Source of the DNA: a virus
Lineage: Duplodnaviria > Caudoviricetes
Reading direction: 5' to 3' (one strand)
Virus record (IMG/VR): IMGVR_UViG_2600254917_000001
Location: 1-64,000 of that record
DNA: 64,000 nucleotides
This document shows positions 10,347-19,500 of the stretch, piece after piece. Numbering within the stretch: the first letter of the stretch is position 1; the number at the start of each line of letters is the position of its first letter. A model generated the notes under the pieces. The model did no database searches. It was given only the letters and a program-made list of their open reading frames with translations, and had not been told where the DNA came from. A program made the position numbers and the translations under genes.

Positions 10347-10900
10347 CGCCACTCGCTCTACTTGAGGACGTCAAAGGACGTTTTCCGGTATTGCTGCACG
10401 ACGATGAAGACGCGTTAAAGCGTCTTCTCGTTCAATCGCTGGGAACGTACCAGGACCGCGCCGGTGTCATTCGTGCAATCTACCTGCAGTATGAAAACGG
10501 CGAGGCCTCCCGTGAGCTGCCCGCTGATTTTCTGGCCCAGGTAAGCGTTACTGACAAGATGGACGGCTTCGTATGCTCGTCAGTGATCGAGGGCAAACTA
10601 GTGCTCGACTTATGCGGTTGCGAGAGCTGGCCACTCAAGTTTCGCTACCTGGTAAACTTGCGGGATATGGACATAGAGAACGGCGAAGTACCGCCTAATC
10701 TCATCGGTATGGTTTCCGACTACCTGGAAATCCTTATCAAGATCCCAAACACCGACCGCCTGCGCACAGTTTCAATCGCCGGCAAGCTCGACGTTTCAAC
10801 GCTGCCGGACGAAGTAACCCTCTACGAGCGTAAGCGGCAGTTAGAAGCGGACATAGCCAGCCAGCGCGAGATCTTGCCCATGTTGTCGATTTATCCGTAG
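10343..10900 (+). CDS. pmgC: Head-tail adaptor PmgC-like
   Basis: MTP..LLEDVK.RF and LGTYQDRAG. Confidence 0.7.
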   Translation: MTPLALLEDVKGRFPVLLHDDEDALKRLLVQSLGTYQDRAGVIRAIYLQYENGEASRELPADFLAQVSVTDKMDGFVCSSVIEGKLVLDLCGCESWPLKFRYLVNLRDMDIENGEVPPNLIGMVSDYLEILIKIPNTDRLRTVSIAGKLDVSTLPDEVTLYERKRQLEADIASQREILPMLSIYP

Positions 10901-10914
10901 CACAGGGCGGACCC

Positions 10915-11541
10915 ATGGCTTTAATTTATAACCCCTACTCCATGGTGCAGGCCATTCCAGGCGCTGGCCGCATTCTCGGCACGCTGGATCGTGTCGCTGG
11001 TCTGAAAACGCTATTTGAGTCCGTCGTCCCAACTGCAGAGCAGATTTATCTTCGCCAGCTGGCGCACCAGCTCGTACACACCCGCTTCGCCCAGGGCTGG
11101 CAGTGGGCGGTAACCATTGACGAGTTTCCCCAGATTGATATCTTCGCGAAGGATGTCACCTACCCTATCACGTCCGTCGAGCTGGAGGAGAAGAACCTGG
11201 GTGCCGGTTTTATCAATAAGCCGATACGCCGTAACACCGGCACCGTTACGATGGTTGTCCGTGACACCATGGAAGGCGCAATTCTGCAATGGGCTGCTGG
11301 CGCCATAAGCCGCGTCACTAACCCTGACGGGACCGTCAATCTGCCCTCGGCATATCTCCAGACAATCCGTATTTTTCATATTGCCAACGGCGCGCTGGTA
11401 CCAGAGTCCGTTCATCACGTCATACCGACTGAAATCGGCGAAATTACTCGCGCCCGCGATCAGGTCAGTGAGTTCCACACCTTTCCCCTGACATTTACTA
11501 AATACACGTCCTTTAACGGGCTTGAAATAGGGTTACCCTGA
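10915..11541 (+). CDS. tub: Tube initiator / tail tube-like protein Tub
   Basis: FAQGWQW, FAKDVTY, MVVRDT, DGTVNLPSAY. Confidence 0.75.
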   Translation: MALIYNPYSMVQAIPGAGRILGTLDRVAGLKTLFESVVPTAEQIYLRQLAHQLVHTRFAQGWQWAVTIDEFPQIDIFAKDVTYPITSVELEEKNLGAGFINKPIRRNTGTVTMVVRDTMEGAILQWAAGAISRVTNPDGTVNLPSAYLQTIRIFHIANGALVPESVHHVIPTEIGEITRARDQVSEFHTFPLTFTKYTSFNGLEIGLP

Positions 11542-12389
11542 TGCCTATTGCTGACTTCCCCCTCCCCTCTCAGCCGGATAAGATCATCCGGTTTCGCGAT
11601 CCTACGGTTGCCGATAGCATGAAGTTCGCCGATATCAGCGTGGCGTTTGAAGAGCGCACGACGACCGATTACCTCAACACGCTGCAGACAGGTACTGTAT
11701 CTGACAGCCGGTTCTGGACAGCTGCAGACCGTAGGACCGCGCTGTGGTGGATCTACATATTCTCCAAAGATGACCCGGTCATAACAGCCAGCTACGAATG
11801 CATGCATTGCGGTGAAATGCACTATTACGACTGCGATATGCGCCTGCTCGATGAAGAAGCGTCCGTTCTCGGCCGTAAGCCGTCGATAGAGGTCACACTA
11901 AGCGCTGCTGGGGAAGAATTTGAATGGCAAATCGTACCGCTCGATGGCCAGGCGATGGAAAACCTGGAGGTGATGCGCGGCCGTTTGCCTGAAGATACCG
12001 CGTCACAGAAATATACCAACGCGATGGCGCAGCTCCGGCTCTGGGAGCTGGTCTATCAAACCCGCCTTTTCTACGACATCGATCTCGATTACGATGCCGC
12101 GGCGAACAAGCGATATGACCTGATTAACAGCATGCATCTGAGCAAAGAGTTTCCGCTACTGGTGGCGCGCATCAGGCAGGCGCAGGACGTACTGAAGCAC
12201 GGTCTGAACATCCAGTTTACTGACGGGCTGGCTAACCTGCTTCTCCCCCCTCACCCATGCCAAAATGACAAGGAGGCAGGAACGCGGGCCACTCGCCTCC
12301 TGCTCCACTTTCGGAATAGCTACTTCATGCCAGAGTCTGGATTCAATTGGCTGGCGGATTTTAGTCAACAACCTGACGTTGTTCGGTAA
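11541..12389 (+). CDS. pmgB: Tail assembly chaperone / baseplate hub assembly protein PmgB-like
   Basis: FPLPSQP..IRFRDPTVAD, CxxC..H motif; precedes tape measure gene. Confidence 0.7.
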   Translation: MPIADFPLPSQPDKIIRFRDPTVADSMKFADISVAFEERTTTDYLNTLQTGTVSDSRFWTAADRRTALWWIYIFSKDDPVITASYECMHCGEMHYYDCDMRLLDEEASVLGRKPSIEVTLSAAGEEFEWQIVPLDGQAMENLEVMRGRLPEDTASQKYTNAMAQLRLWELVYQTRLFYDIDLDYDAAANKRYDLINSMHLSKEFPLLVARIRQAQDVLKHGLNIQFTDGLANLLLPPHPCQNDKEAGTRATRLLLHFRNSYFMPESGFNWLADFSQQPDVVR

Positions 12390-12486
12390 CCAGCCGGACA
12401 GCAGCGTGATGGCCATGCCGGTGCAGCGCGCGCTTCAGCTTAACAAGGCAGTGGAAGAGAAGTATAAAGCGAAGAAAAAAGCATAG
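12310..12486 (+). CDS. Probable frameshift-accessed C-terminal extension of the tail chaperone
   Basis: +1-frame ORF overlapping the pmgB end with no good start/RBS; TTT-CGG slippery candidate at 12309-12314. Confidence 0.45.
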   Translation, partial: FGIATSCQSLDSIGWRILVNNLTLFGNQPDSSVMAMPVQRALQLNKAVEEKYKAKKKA

Positions 12487-12489
12487 AAA

Positions 12490-12550
12490 GCAATCATTAA
12501 ATATGCATCAAATGTTCATTATGAATATCTTTAATACATATTTAATATAG
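12490..12550. repeat. 11-bp-phased ATGCAT-like box array
   Basis: AATCAT 12492, ATGCAT 12503, GTTCAT 12514, ATATCT 12525, ACATAT 12536. Confidence 0.6.
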
Positions 12551-12632
12551 GAAAGATGAGCGTAGTTAAAGTTTTTTTAAAGGGCCGGGGCTTAGTTAGC
12601 CCCGGCACCTAAGTACGTTTCAAGCCGTTCCG

Positions 12633-12716
12633 CTACTTCAGAAATGACAAGATCAGTTGCAATGCTGCAACGATGAATTCGAGTACGACAACTATCGTAC
12701 TGATGATATTCACCAC
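12633..12716 (-). CDS. Type I toxin, TisB-like (27 aa MVNIISTIVVVLEFIVAALQLILSFLK)
   Basis: Hydrophobic peptide sharing IVAALQL with TisB; GAGGAG SD in a hairpin; TTGCCA-N17-TATACT promoter at ~12906-12934; terminator 12579-12610. Confidence 0.85.
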   Translation of the reverse strand: MVNIISTIVVVLEFIVAALQLILSFLK

Positions 12717-13049
12717 GTCCTTCTCCTCTTGAGAGGAGCGCGAACTCTTCAGCTTAGCCTCTAATCGCCTGTCCACTGAAGTTTCACTGTGTTAAGAGAT
12801 ATGTTTCGCACTCCTTATCCAGGCGCATGCAGGCACCACCCTGAATGCCAGGACTTGAAATCTGAATAGAAGAATCGACAAGGGGGCTATCTCTTAGCCT
12901 CGCCAGTATAGGACTCTCTGCGATGGCTGGCAATGCATTGATTATATTGATTATTCATACGCCTCGCGAATGAGTTTCTCTAATTCATTACACTTTGCAA
13001 ATAAAGTGATCCACTTTGTTTTTTTATGTAGGTGGCGTATACTACTTGA

Positions 13050-13160
13050 CGTGTTAAGAGATATGTTTCGCACTTCTAAAGGCCTGAACTAACTCGATTC
13101 ACCATCTTGATATGTTCAAGCCAAACAAAAAAACCACCGCACACCACGGTGGTTTTTTTG
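13050..13160 (+). ncRNA. Divergent antisense antitoxin sRNA (IstR-like)
   Basis: 24-nt GTGTTAAGAGATATGTTTCGCACT (13051-13074) is identical to 12789-12812 in the toxin leader; TATACT -10 just upstream; ACCACCG/CGGTGGT poly-T terminator. Confidence 0.8.
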
Positions 13161-13199
13161 TATCTTAAATACATACTTAATACATATTAACTACATTTT

Positions 13200-14240
13200 T
13201 TATATGTCTTCTTTTGTAATCTTGAGTGCCTCTGTCAGCGGCTTGTCTGCCAGCTTAGCTCCAACAGATTCACCTATCTCCATGCGGTAGTTTTCCATTT
13301 TATGAGCGTCAGCCTTCGAACAAAGGAATTTAGCCCAGTTGTAAATGTCACTGGGGAACCATGAATTTAAGCTGGAATCTATGTATTCCTCGCCATTAGT
13401 AGCAAGCTCATGAGGATGATCGCAAAAACCATATGAACGCGGTGGAACAGTTGGCACCAAATCACCAGTTCGGCGCACCTGAGTAGGAAAATTGTCGAAA
13501 GCATTCAGATAAAATCCTGCATCTGCATACCTTGGAGCTCCAAATAAAAACGCTGTTGTTGGCCACTCCTGTATTAGATACTTCGATATAGCTGCCACAG
13601 CTCCGCCCAATGAATGGCCAGCAAGAACAACGTGTTTGATGTATGAACGTTCAGCTGCAGGAATAGCGTCCAAAACGCGCTTTGTTATTCGAATGGCTTC
13701 TTCAGCAAAACCACTGTGTACTCCACCAGATAAAACCTTCTTATCTTCAATGACGCAATGGTCAAACACATGATGCTCAGATTTACGGTGGGCTGAATCA
13801 ACTCGAACAAGTTCAGCACGAATATTAACCTTCCAATCAAACAAAAGTGCAGTGCCGCGAAACCCAACAAACATGATCCCATTGATTACAACCCCAACCG
13901 CTACAATCCCAGCAGATGAGGTAACGAAAGGTTTCGGTAGATCTGCTTCGCTGAAAGCTTGTAAGACGTTAGCTGCCCCTCGGATACCCTTATCCACCAG
14001 CGTCTGATAACCAGAACTGGGGATTCTATAGAGCTTCGCGCGTTTACGCTTATCGACTTCCCAATCAGGTACCAAGTGGTAAGACATCTCGGCAAAAAGA
14101 GCGGCAAGATATCTAAGCTCTTTTGCATTAACGTCGAGAGGGTGAGACTGTGTAATACTAAGCGCTCGGATAAGCGAATGAACTTCATTGAATGCGTAGT
14201 CTTCCCATTTATCGTTTTTATCATCCGTATTATCTGTCAT
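13200..14240 (-). CDS. Lipase class 3 (alpha/beta hydrolase) cargo protein
   Basis: VGFRGT, GHSLGG, FGAPR, GDLVPTVPP and C-terminal His. Confidence 0.85.
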   Translation of the reverse strand: MTDNTDDKNDKWEDYAFNEVHSLIRALSITQSHPLDVNAKELRYLAALFAEMSYHLVPDWEVDKRKRAKLYRIPSSGYQTLVDKGIRGAANVLQAFSEADLPKPFVTSSAGIVAVGVVINGIMFVGFRGTALLFDWKVNIRAELVRVDSAHRKSEHHVFDHCVIEDKKVLSGGVHSGFAEEAIRITKRVLDAIPAAERSYIKHVVLAGHSLGGAVAAISKYLIQEWPTTAFLFGAPRYADAGFYLNAFDNFPTQVRRTGDLVPTVPPRSYGFCDHPHELATNGEEYIDSSLNSWFPSDIYNWAKFLCSKADAHKMENYRMEIGESVGAKLADKPLTEALKITKEDI

Positions 14241-14334
14241 AGAAGTTTTCTCCTTTTGCTGTGTTTAAGCATTATCGACATAAGTCCCAAGATATTGAAT
14301 GCGCTAATTAGGCGTAGAGCTCCTCAAGTCATGA

Positions 14335-14425
14335 GTACGCATCCTAATAAAATATTCAAGAACATTACTCCACATGCATTAAGTAATCATTCCATACATA
14401 TCATGCATGCATTAAATGAACACTT
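14335..14425. repeat. 11-bp-phased ATGCAT-like box array
   Basis: ATGCAT 14374, AATCAT 14385, ACATAT 14396, ATGCAT 14407. Confidence 0.6.
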
Positions 14426-15182
14426 CAGATAGCGCTTTAAACTGGCACAGATAGAAATGTGGCTGAGTAGATCGCGGGTTACCCGGCGCGGTCAGGTTCT
14501 TGCCGTACTCCATCCCCTTGGCAGTCAGGCACCAGTAATACTTCTCGCCCCGCGTGCTGCTCCGCGTCTTCTGCTCGACAATCCCCAGCTCAGCCAGGCG
14601 GACGTAGGCCTTCTGTGCTGACATCTTAACCCCGTGCTCCACAAGCAGCTGGCGGAGGCTGGCCGTTGGTTCGCTACTGCCTCCGGTGGCATCGGGCGGC
14701 GCATCGATGGCGTAGCCTGGTAGCAGGTCCGGTAGCCCAGCTGCGCTTTGCAGTTTTCGCAAGCCTGCCAGCACGCTGCTATCCGATATGTGGAGTAATT
14801 TTCTGCTCACTTCCAGCAGCGCGCCCCCAGCTGCGATCGTGTCGGCCGCGCTGGTGGATAAAGACGGTACCGGCGCTGGCGCGGGTTGCTGCATCGACTC
14901 CAGCTTATCCACCAGCGTACGGCGTACGGCTTTAGACTCGCGGGCGGCGACGCGCAGGGCTTGTTTATGCGAAAGAGTAATGACGTCTACAGGTCGCCCT
15001 CCATTCTCACCTGAGGGTTTTACACTTTTTGTGTAAAACTCCCCTTCCAGCTCATCTTCAACCTTCTCAAGAAATTTATTATTACGGATGTTGGGCTCCC
15101 CGTACTGCTTCCGGGCTTCGTTTACCAGCTTCAGCAGCTCCTGAGTATCGATAAAGCCGTTTGTCATCCTGGTCATCATCAT
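14412..15182 (-). CDS. Antirepressor/Rha-like DNA-binding protein (copy 1)
   Basis: ALRVAARESKAVRR N-domain; C-domain (LTAKGMEYGKNL..P..TQPHF) near-identical to 51368-52108. Confidence 0.8.
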   Translation of the reverse strand: MMMTRMTNGFIDTQELLKLVNEARKQYGEPNIRNNKFLEKVEDELEGEFYTKSVKPSGENGGRPVDVITLSHKQALRVAARESKAVRRTLVDKLESMQQPAPAPVPSLSTSAADTIAAGGALLEVSRKLLHISDSSVLAGLRKLQSAAGLPDLLPGYAIDAPPDATGGSSEPTASLRQLLVEHGVKMSAQKAYVRLAELGIVEQKTRSSTRGEKYYWCLTAKGMEYGKNLTAPGNPRSTQPHFYLCQFKALSEVFI

Positions 15183-15658
15183 GCAGCCTCCCCATCAAAC
15201 ACTGACATCACGAGCGCGCCACCGGCAATGTCCGACGCGGTACCGAGCAGCTGGCGCACGTCCTCAAGATACGTATTGGTGCCGAGCGGCTCCAACAGCT
15301 TTTCAGCGCAGCTGATTAGCGTACGCAGCTGTGAGAATTTCGCATGCAGAACGGGAAGCGCCTCATCTGGTGATAGGTCAAGATCGTCGTCCTGCAGCCA
15401 GGCGCGGCGGTAGTCTGTGACAACCGGTGACATATCCCATGCACGCCATATCGCGCGCTTCACGGCATCGAGCTGAAGCTGGCTTTCGCTTAATGTGGAA
15501 AGTTTTCCTGATGAATTGACCGCAAGGATTCGCGTCGCCAATGCTTCAGCGCAGGCCGGATCTGACAGGCTAATGTACATCGAGAAGCGCAGCGCATTTA
15601 GCGCCAGGGATGATAGCTGGCTATCTGAAGGCAAAGTCTGGGTAGGGATGGTAGCCAT
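15179..15658 (-). CDS. First gene of c4-controlled antirepressor operon (paralog of 50584-51063)
   Basis: MATIP start directly after c4 target; near-identical protein at 50584. Confidence 0.75.
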   Translation of the reverse strand: MATIPTQTLPSDSQLSSLALNALRFSMYISLSDPACAEALATRILAVNSSGKLSTLSESQLQLDAVKRAIWRAWDMSPVVTDYRRAWLQDDDLDLSPDEALPVLHAKFSQLRTLISCAEKLLEPLGTNTYLEDVRQLLGTASDIAGGALVMSVFDGEAA

Positions 15659-15715
15659 GATGGCAGTCCTCGTATACTTGATAGTAAAAAACCATCATCA
15701 CGAACGCCAATTCAT

Positions 15716-15797
15716 GGTGATGGCCCGAACAGGGTTGGCGTAACCGGCGTATACGAAGACCGGCCCGACCGAAGTCGGCCCTGCCCGAGCCACCATA
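15716..15797 (-). ncRNA. c4: c4 antisense RNA (copy A; loops CTTCGTATAC / ACGCCAA)
   Basis: ATGGTGGCTCGGGCAGGGCC..GGCCGG..CCGG..AACCCTGTTCGGGCC scaffold; TTGGCGT and GTATACGA targets both upstream and downstream. Confidence 0.85.
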
Positions 15798-15969
15798 ATT
15801 CTATAGGTGTGCACAGGCACAGACACAAAAAAAGACGCTAACGCGTCAGTGTCGTCGTATACATAAAACGGGACGCCAATCCCGGCACCAGATTTTGCTG
15901 GTGCCCTATTACGCTACTCGACCGAAACAGGCGTAGCAAGGGCTTTTTTACGTGGCGACACTGCGTCAC

Positions 15970-15986
15970 ATATCCTACTAAACATT
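15970..15986. promoter_or_regulatory. Putative C1-like repressor operator
   Basis: ATATCCTACTAAACATT; five near-identical copies in window. Confidence 0.7.
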
Positions 15987-16080
15987 ACATAAAATGCATA
16001 GTAAGAGTTCATTATAAATATCTTCAATGCATTCTCCATGCATATCAAATATGCACCGAGCATGCCTAACACATATTTTA
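15980..16080. repeat. 11-bp-phased ATGCAT-like box array
   Basis: ATGCAT at 15994, 16027 and 16038, all in one 11-bp phase. Confidence 0.6.
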
Positions 16081-16125
16081 GGTTTATGCGCATATCGTGC
16101 CTGAAGGTAACAGAACGGGAATTGC

Positions 16126-16204
16126 TGGTGGTGACTCGAACAGGGTTGGAACTACCGGCGGAGAAACCGGCCCACCTTTCGATGGCCCTGCCCGAGTTAC
16201 CATA
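16126..16204 (-). ncRNA. Orphan c4-like RNA (copy B; loops TTTCTCCG / AGTTCCAA)
   Basis: Same scaffold as copy A with different loops; no clear flanking a/b targets. Confidence 0.75.
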
Positions 16205-16384
16205 TCTGGGATGACAGCGGGAACAAACGAGCCGGTATTCTCCCACCTTCCCCACCAGCCAGCATTGATGCCAGACAAAGGATGCACATTAAACACATAC
16301 AAGATACATATCTGATATTCACACCATAAATCCATCCAGACACCTCCATGCTGGCCGAGCGTGCCGGATTGAACGATAAAAAAG

Positions 16385-16401
16385 ATATCCCACTAAACAT
16401 T
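16385..16401. promoter_or_regulatory. Putative C1-like operator
   Basis: ATATCCCACTAAACATT. Confidence 0.7.
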
Positions 16402-16500
16402 ATCAAATGATGACATCATGCATTTAAAAGTCATCCTTAATGCATTTCATATGCATTCAAAATACATATTAGATAAGCAATTCATGAGCATTATGTAAAC
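16395..16500. repeat. 11-bp-phased ATGCAT-like box array
   Basis: ATGCAT 16418, AGTCAT 16429, ATGCAT 16440, ATGCAT 16451, ATACAT 16462. Confidence 0.7.
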
Positions 16501-16542
16501 CCAACAAATCCAGCCTATACCAGCGCCTTGCCTGCCTACCTG

Positions 16543-16563
16543 GCGGTGCATAATTAATAGACT
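16543..16563 (+). promoter_or_regulatory. Putative late promoter
   Basis: GCGGTGCA-N7-TAGACT upstream of sit. Confidence 0.7.
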
Positions 16564-16587
16564 TCAGCCAATACCCCGCACCAGGTA

Positions 16588-19500
16588 ATGACAATGGCCG
16601 AAGATCAAAACAAGACCGTCGCTGACGATAAGCTCAGCGCTCTCAAAATCATTTCAACGATCGAGAAGACCAGCGCGAAGGAGCTGGACGTATTGCTCTC
16701 CATCGATAAGAAGCTGGATGGCAGAGCTCCGGCCGGGAAAGCGGCACCAACAAGCCCAAAGCGCGACGACAGCTCCCAGCGGCCCCCATCACGGGGCGCC
16801 CAACCTGAACAGGAAAGTATTCCACGTAAACCGAGAACACGATCACATTCTTCGACCACAGGGTTAGGGGAAGTTCATGACGACGGGCTGCGCATAACCC
16901 GCCGAGCGCCGCGTCGTGGGAGGCAAAGTAGAGATCAGGAAATCATTCCACATAAGCGTCAGCAGCCCTCTACCGCCACGATACCAGCGCAGCCTACACC
17001 TGAGCCAAAACTAGAAACCTCAAGCGAACCGGAACGAAAGCGCGACAGTAGCGGTCGGTTTACCAGCTCGGCAGATAAAGCCAGGGAGAAGCGCGAAGAC
17101 GTCCGACACAAAGAGCTTATCGACGAAGAGAAGAAAGGGCAGACGCTTTTCCAGAAGCTCTCTGGCTTCATGGAGCGCCGTAATTCGAAAGAAATGGAGG
17201 GAACGGCCATCGATGCAGCTGGCGCAGCTGCTGGTGGCTCTTTCTGGAAAGCAGGGAAGGAAGCCTGGGAGCTCGTCAGCAATACGCGTGAAATGCTCAT
17301 AAAAGGCAAAGACGATGATGACGACGAGAAGAAAGGCCGGTCTCTGTTTGGTAAGGCGAAAGGGCTCTTTCGTCGGAAGGGGTCCGCACCTCCAGCGCCG
17401 GGAACGGCGACGGGTGATATTCCCGCGCCATCGCTTAAGAGGGCCAACAGCGCACCGGCGATACTGAAAGCTGTGCCGCTAACCTCGACAGTGCGCGGAT
17501 TCGGGATGAAGGGCGCTCTGCAGTCTAGGGCCTCAGCTGGTTCGCTTGATGTAGCCAACCGTAATGTCCAAAAGGCCGTCGTGACAAAGACGGAGGAACA
17601 AACGCAGGCAATTCAGGAGGGCGATCGTCAAATCGTTGAACGCCTTGACGAGCTGCTGGAGAAAAATGGCTCCAGTAATAAAGGCGGTGGCCTGCTGGGC
17701 AAGCTGCTCGGCGGGAAGATTGGTAAAGCGCTGGCCGGGATCGCAGGCCTGTGGGTAGCAAAATACGGTAAAAAGCTGTTCAGCGCCTTAATAGCTGCCG
17801 TCACTGCTGCTGTCGGTCTGGGGCGGGGCAGGGGATTGGGTGGGCGTGATGCTTCCCCGGATATCGACGTTGATCGCAACAAAAAACCAGGCAACAAGAA
17901 GAACAAAAAGCCCAGCTCAAAACCAAAAGGGAAGAGCTGGGTTAAGAAGCTACTCACTAACCCCGTAACCAAGACTGCAGCCGCTACAGTAGCGACCGGC
18001 GCGGCGGCGGGCGCGGCCGTTAAAGCTATCGATGCCAAACCTGTGTCAGCTGCAGACGCCGCCAAAGAAAGCGCTCAGAAGGCCAAGGCCACCGCACCGA
18101 AGACCGGTGATGACGTGAAGGTTGGCCGTCCGGTAGCTGCTGAAGAACGCGCCGCACAGAAGGCTGAGAAGTCCGTCGCTACGAAAGCAACTGCAGAAGC
18201 GACTGAGAAGGGCGCTATCAAAGCCGCGGCGAAGGGTACCGCGAAGATGGGGATGCGGGCGGTTCCGTTGCTCGGGTCAGTAATAATGGCCGCTGTCGAT
18301 GCGTACGACGGCTATTCCGATGAGGAGGCCCAGAGGGAGGCCTTCGGGGTAGAAGAGGGCAAGGAGGTCACCACCGGCGAAAAAGCGGCCTTCTCAGCTG
18401 CGAACATCCTTGACATGGGTGGGCTGGTTTCCGGTGCGTCCGGGCTACTTGCGAGTGGCGCCCGGGCGATCGGTATGGATGGTGTGGCGGACTCACTCAC
18501 CTTCGATACCGGCGATATCGCCAAAGGGATCCACAGCGCGGCAAGCGGGGCTAAAAATGCCGTCACCTCGTTATTCAGCGGGCCAAAAGAGGCTGATTCC
18601 AAAACTGAAGCACAAACGAAGCATATAACCGACACGCTCAAAGAGGGCACGAAGGACACAATCAAAACGCTGGAAGATACCTCTAAGCGGCTGATCGACA
18701 CCATCACCGAAACGAACCCACTCGGCGATGCTGAGGTTATACCCTTAAAGGGTGTTGGTGTTGGTACTAATGGCCCGGCAGTTTCGACAATGCAGGGACC
18801 AAGCGAAACGACAATGACACCGGATCTTAATGTCGGTGGCAGCAAGGCTAAAGTCCGTTCATTCCGTAACAACAACTTCGGGAATATTACATTCGCTGGC
18901 CAAGCTGGCGCCGTGCTGGAGAAGAAAAACTCGCTCGGTGAGCAAAGATTTGCGCGCTGGAACACCCCTGAAGAAGGGCTGCGCGGGACGGCTAACCAGA
19001 TCATGTTGTATCAGACGGGTAAATCCCGATGGGGCAAGCTTGAAACGCTTGACGAGATGTTCGATAGATTTGCCCCACCGAGAGAAAATGATACCGAAAA
19101 TTATAAGCAAAGCCTGGAGAAGCAATTGGGCATCAGTCGACACGACAAAATTGACTGGTCCAACCCTGACAAAATACGTCCCTTAGTCCGTGCCATCGGT
19201 ACAGTTGAGGGTGGCGGCGCTATCCAGATGTCAGACGCTGATATGGCGAAGGCGATCGGTCACTATAATTACGAGACCAATCGCTGGGAGGGAGAATTTA
19301 CCGATCAGTCCCTGGAAAAAATAAACGCTCAACGTGCTAAAACCGGCGAGGCACCACTCAAGGCTACTGACCTTTTCAGTATTGGCAACCCACTTACCGG
19401 GCGAGGGGATATCCCCAAAGCGAATGGTGTAAATCAGTCGTCTCCTGCTGAAGTTTCTCCCATTACGCCAGCCCCCGAGCCTGAGCAGCACGCCCAGGCG

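Noticed and set aside
15495-16406. ORFs over the c4 regions (Ash-like peptides such as MVTRAGPSKGGPVS)
   Set aside because: These are translations of the conserved RNA scaffold; frames are interrupted and lack RBS. The same applies at 50300-50550.
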